Made by a program: the position numbers and the translations under genes
Shown here: one piece after another, positions 63,276 through 64,000 of the stretch
Numbering within the stretch: position 1 is the first letter of the stretch
How the letters are laid out: every line of letters begins with the position of its first letter
Source of the DNA: Azolla caroliniana
Taxonomy: Eukaryota; Plantae; Polypodiophyta
Direction of reading: 5' to 3'
Length of the DNA stretch: 64,000 nucleotides
NCBI GenBank assembly: GCA_043228905.1
Contig: JBHGNT010000002.1
Span: forward strand, 3,472,001-3,536,000
The notes under the pieces: model-generated
The model's database searches: none
What the model was told of the DNA's origin: nothing
What the model saw: only the letters and a program-made list of their open reading frames with translations

Positions 63276-64000
63276 TCAGGCACTAGAGGGTAACTTGGCC
63301 GATCTTGTAATGCGCTTGTTGTTGGTGCCAGATTTTTCTGATTTTACATTCTTCTTTATCTTAAAGCCTTTAGGTATGAGCTGACTAAGTGGCACTTCAT
63401 CATCAGAGGCATCAGAGACAGGCGTGGATGCGCGGGCACCTTGTACTGGTGGCAAGCTTGAGAGAGCAACTATGTTTTCTGCAACTGCAATGCTTGTACA
63501 CAAATCCACAAAGGTGCTATCGATAGACAAATTATCACTCATCTCCTGAATGCTTGTACTCCTAGCGATCTTTATTGCCCTATCATCATCACCGATGCCT
63601 ATACACCCGTTCTTATTAGACTCCTGTATGTGGACCGTGGCAGTAGTCATGGTCAACTCCTCTTGTACGATGGATGTCACCTCATTCTTAAGACAACGTT
63701 GTTCGCTCTGAGTACAATCAGGCCCACCTTCATTAGTAACGTTGTTCACTCTACACTCCTCATGGGATTCTGTACAATCAGGCTTATCTTCAGGGAAAGC
63801 GATGTTCTTTCCACGATCCTCATGGGCTTCACAAGACACTACTAGCACATTCTCAGTACAATCAAGCTCCTCTTCATTACTAGCAATGTTCTTTCCATGA
63901 TCCTCATGGGAATCTTTAGATAGTACTAGCACATTATCAGTACAATCAGTCTTCTCTTCAGCACTTGCCACATTATCAGTACAATCAGTCTTCTCTTCAG
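63276..64000 (-). CDS. Acidic repeat-rich ORF of unknown function, probably within the DNA transposon; may extend beyond the window
   Basis: 231-aa ORF with DCT.N/SVLV.S...HED.GKNIA..EE repeats, a 39-bp tandem repeat at the window edge, and SDDEVPLSQL followed by a basic NLS-like patch. Confidence 0.4.
   Translation of the reverse strand, partial: EEKTDCTDNVASAEEKTDCTDNVLVLSKDSHEDHGKNIASNEEELDCTENVLVVSCEAHEDRGKNIAFPEDKPDCTESHEECRVNNVTNEGGPDCTQSEQRCLKNEVTSIVQEELTMTTATVHIQESNKNGCIGIGDDDRAIKIARSTSIQEMSDNLSIDSTFVDLCTSIAVAENIVALSSLPPVQGARASTPVSDASDDEVPLSQLIPKGFKIKKNVKSEKSGTNNKRITRSAKLPSSA

Larger units (their letters stand above)
57752..64000 (+). mobile_element. Sola2-like DDD DNA transposon; right end not in window
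   Basis: Abrupt GC-to-AT switch at ctac|GGGGTACCAAAAAAG, subterminal repeats, a spliced transposase and convergent minus-strand ORFs. The superfamily call comes from recalled motifs. Confidence 0.6.

Overview
Land-plant nuclear DNA: spliced GT-AG genes, long TE-filled introns and abundant microsatellites. The exact lineage cannot be determined from the sequence. The left ~41 kb holds four host genes among degenerate TE debris, minisatellites and MITE-like elements: the 3' end of a cytokinin-receptor-type hybrid histidine kinase (+), a small NFD6-like organellar protein (-), a five-exon plastid FAD synthetase/RibF-like gene (+), and a RING-less RAWUL / LAX PANICLE 2-like gene with an EAR-like motif (-). 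The right ~22 kb is a transposon nest that can be resolved to the base. A LINE fragment hosts Gypsy element B. B hosts a decayed Tnt1/Tork-like Copia (E, carrying a solo LTR with a 4-bp ACGT TSD) and LTR element C, which has a long extra coiled-coil ORF. C hosts an intact Copia with apparently identical LTRs (A) and LTR element D. D hosts an intron-containing DDD transposase element resembling Sola2. The most interesting observations are this Sola2-like element with convergent repeat-rich ORFs, the ACGT-flanked LTR family, the Gag/Pol divergence mismatch between Copia A and E, the extra 3' ORF of element C, and the CCGG enrichment of the retroelements. All counts and identities are by eye.
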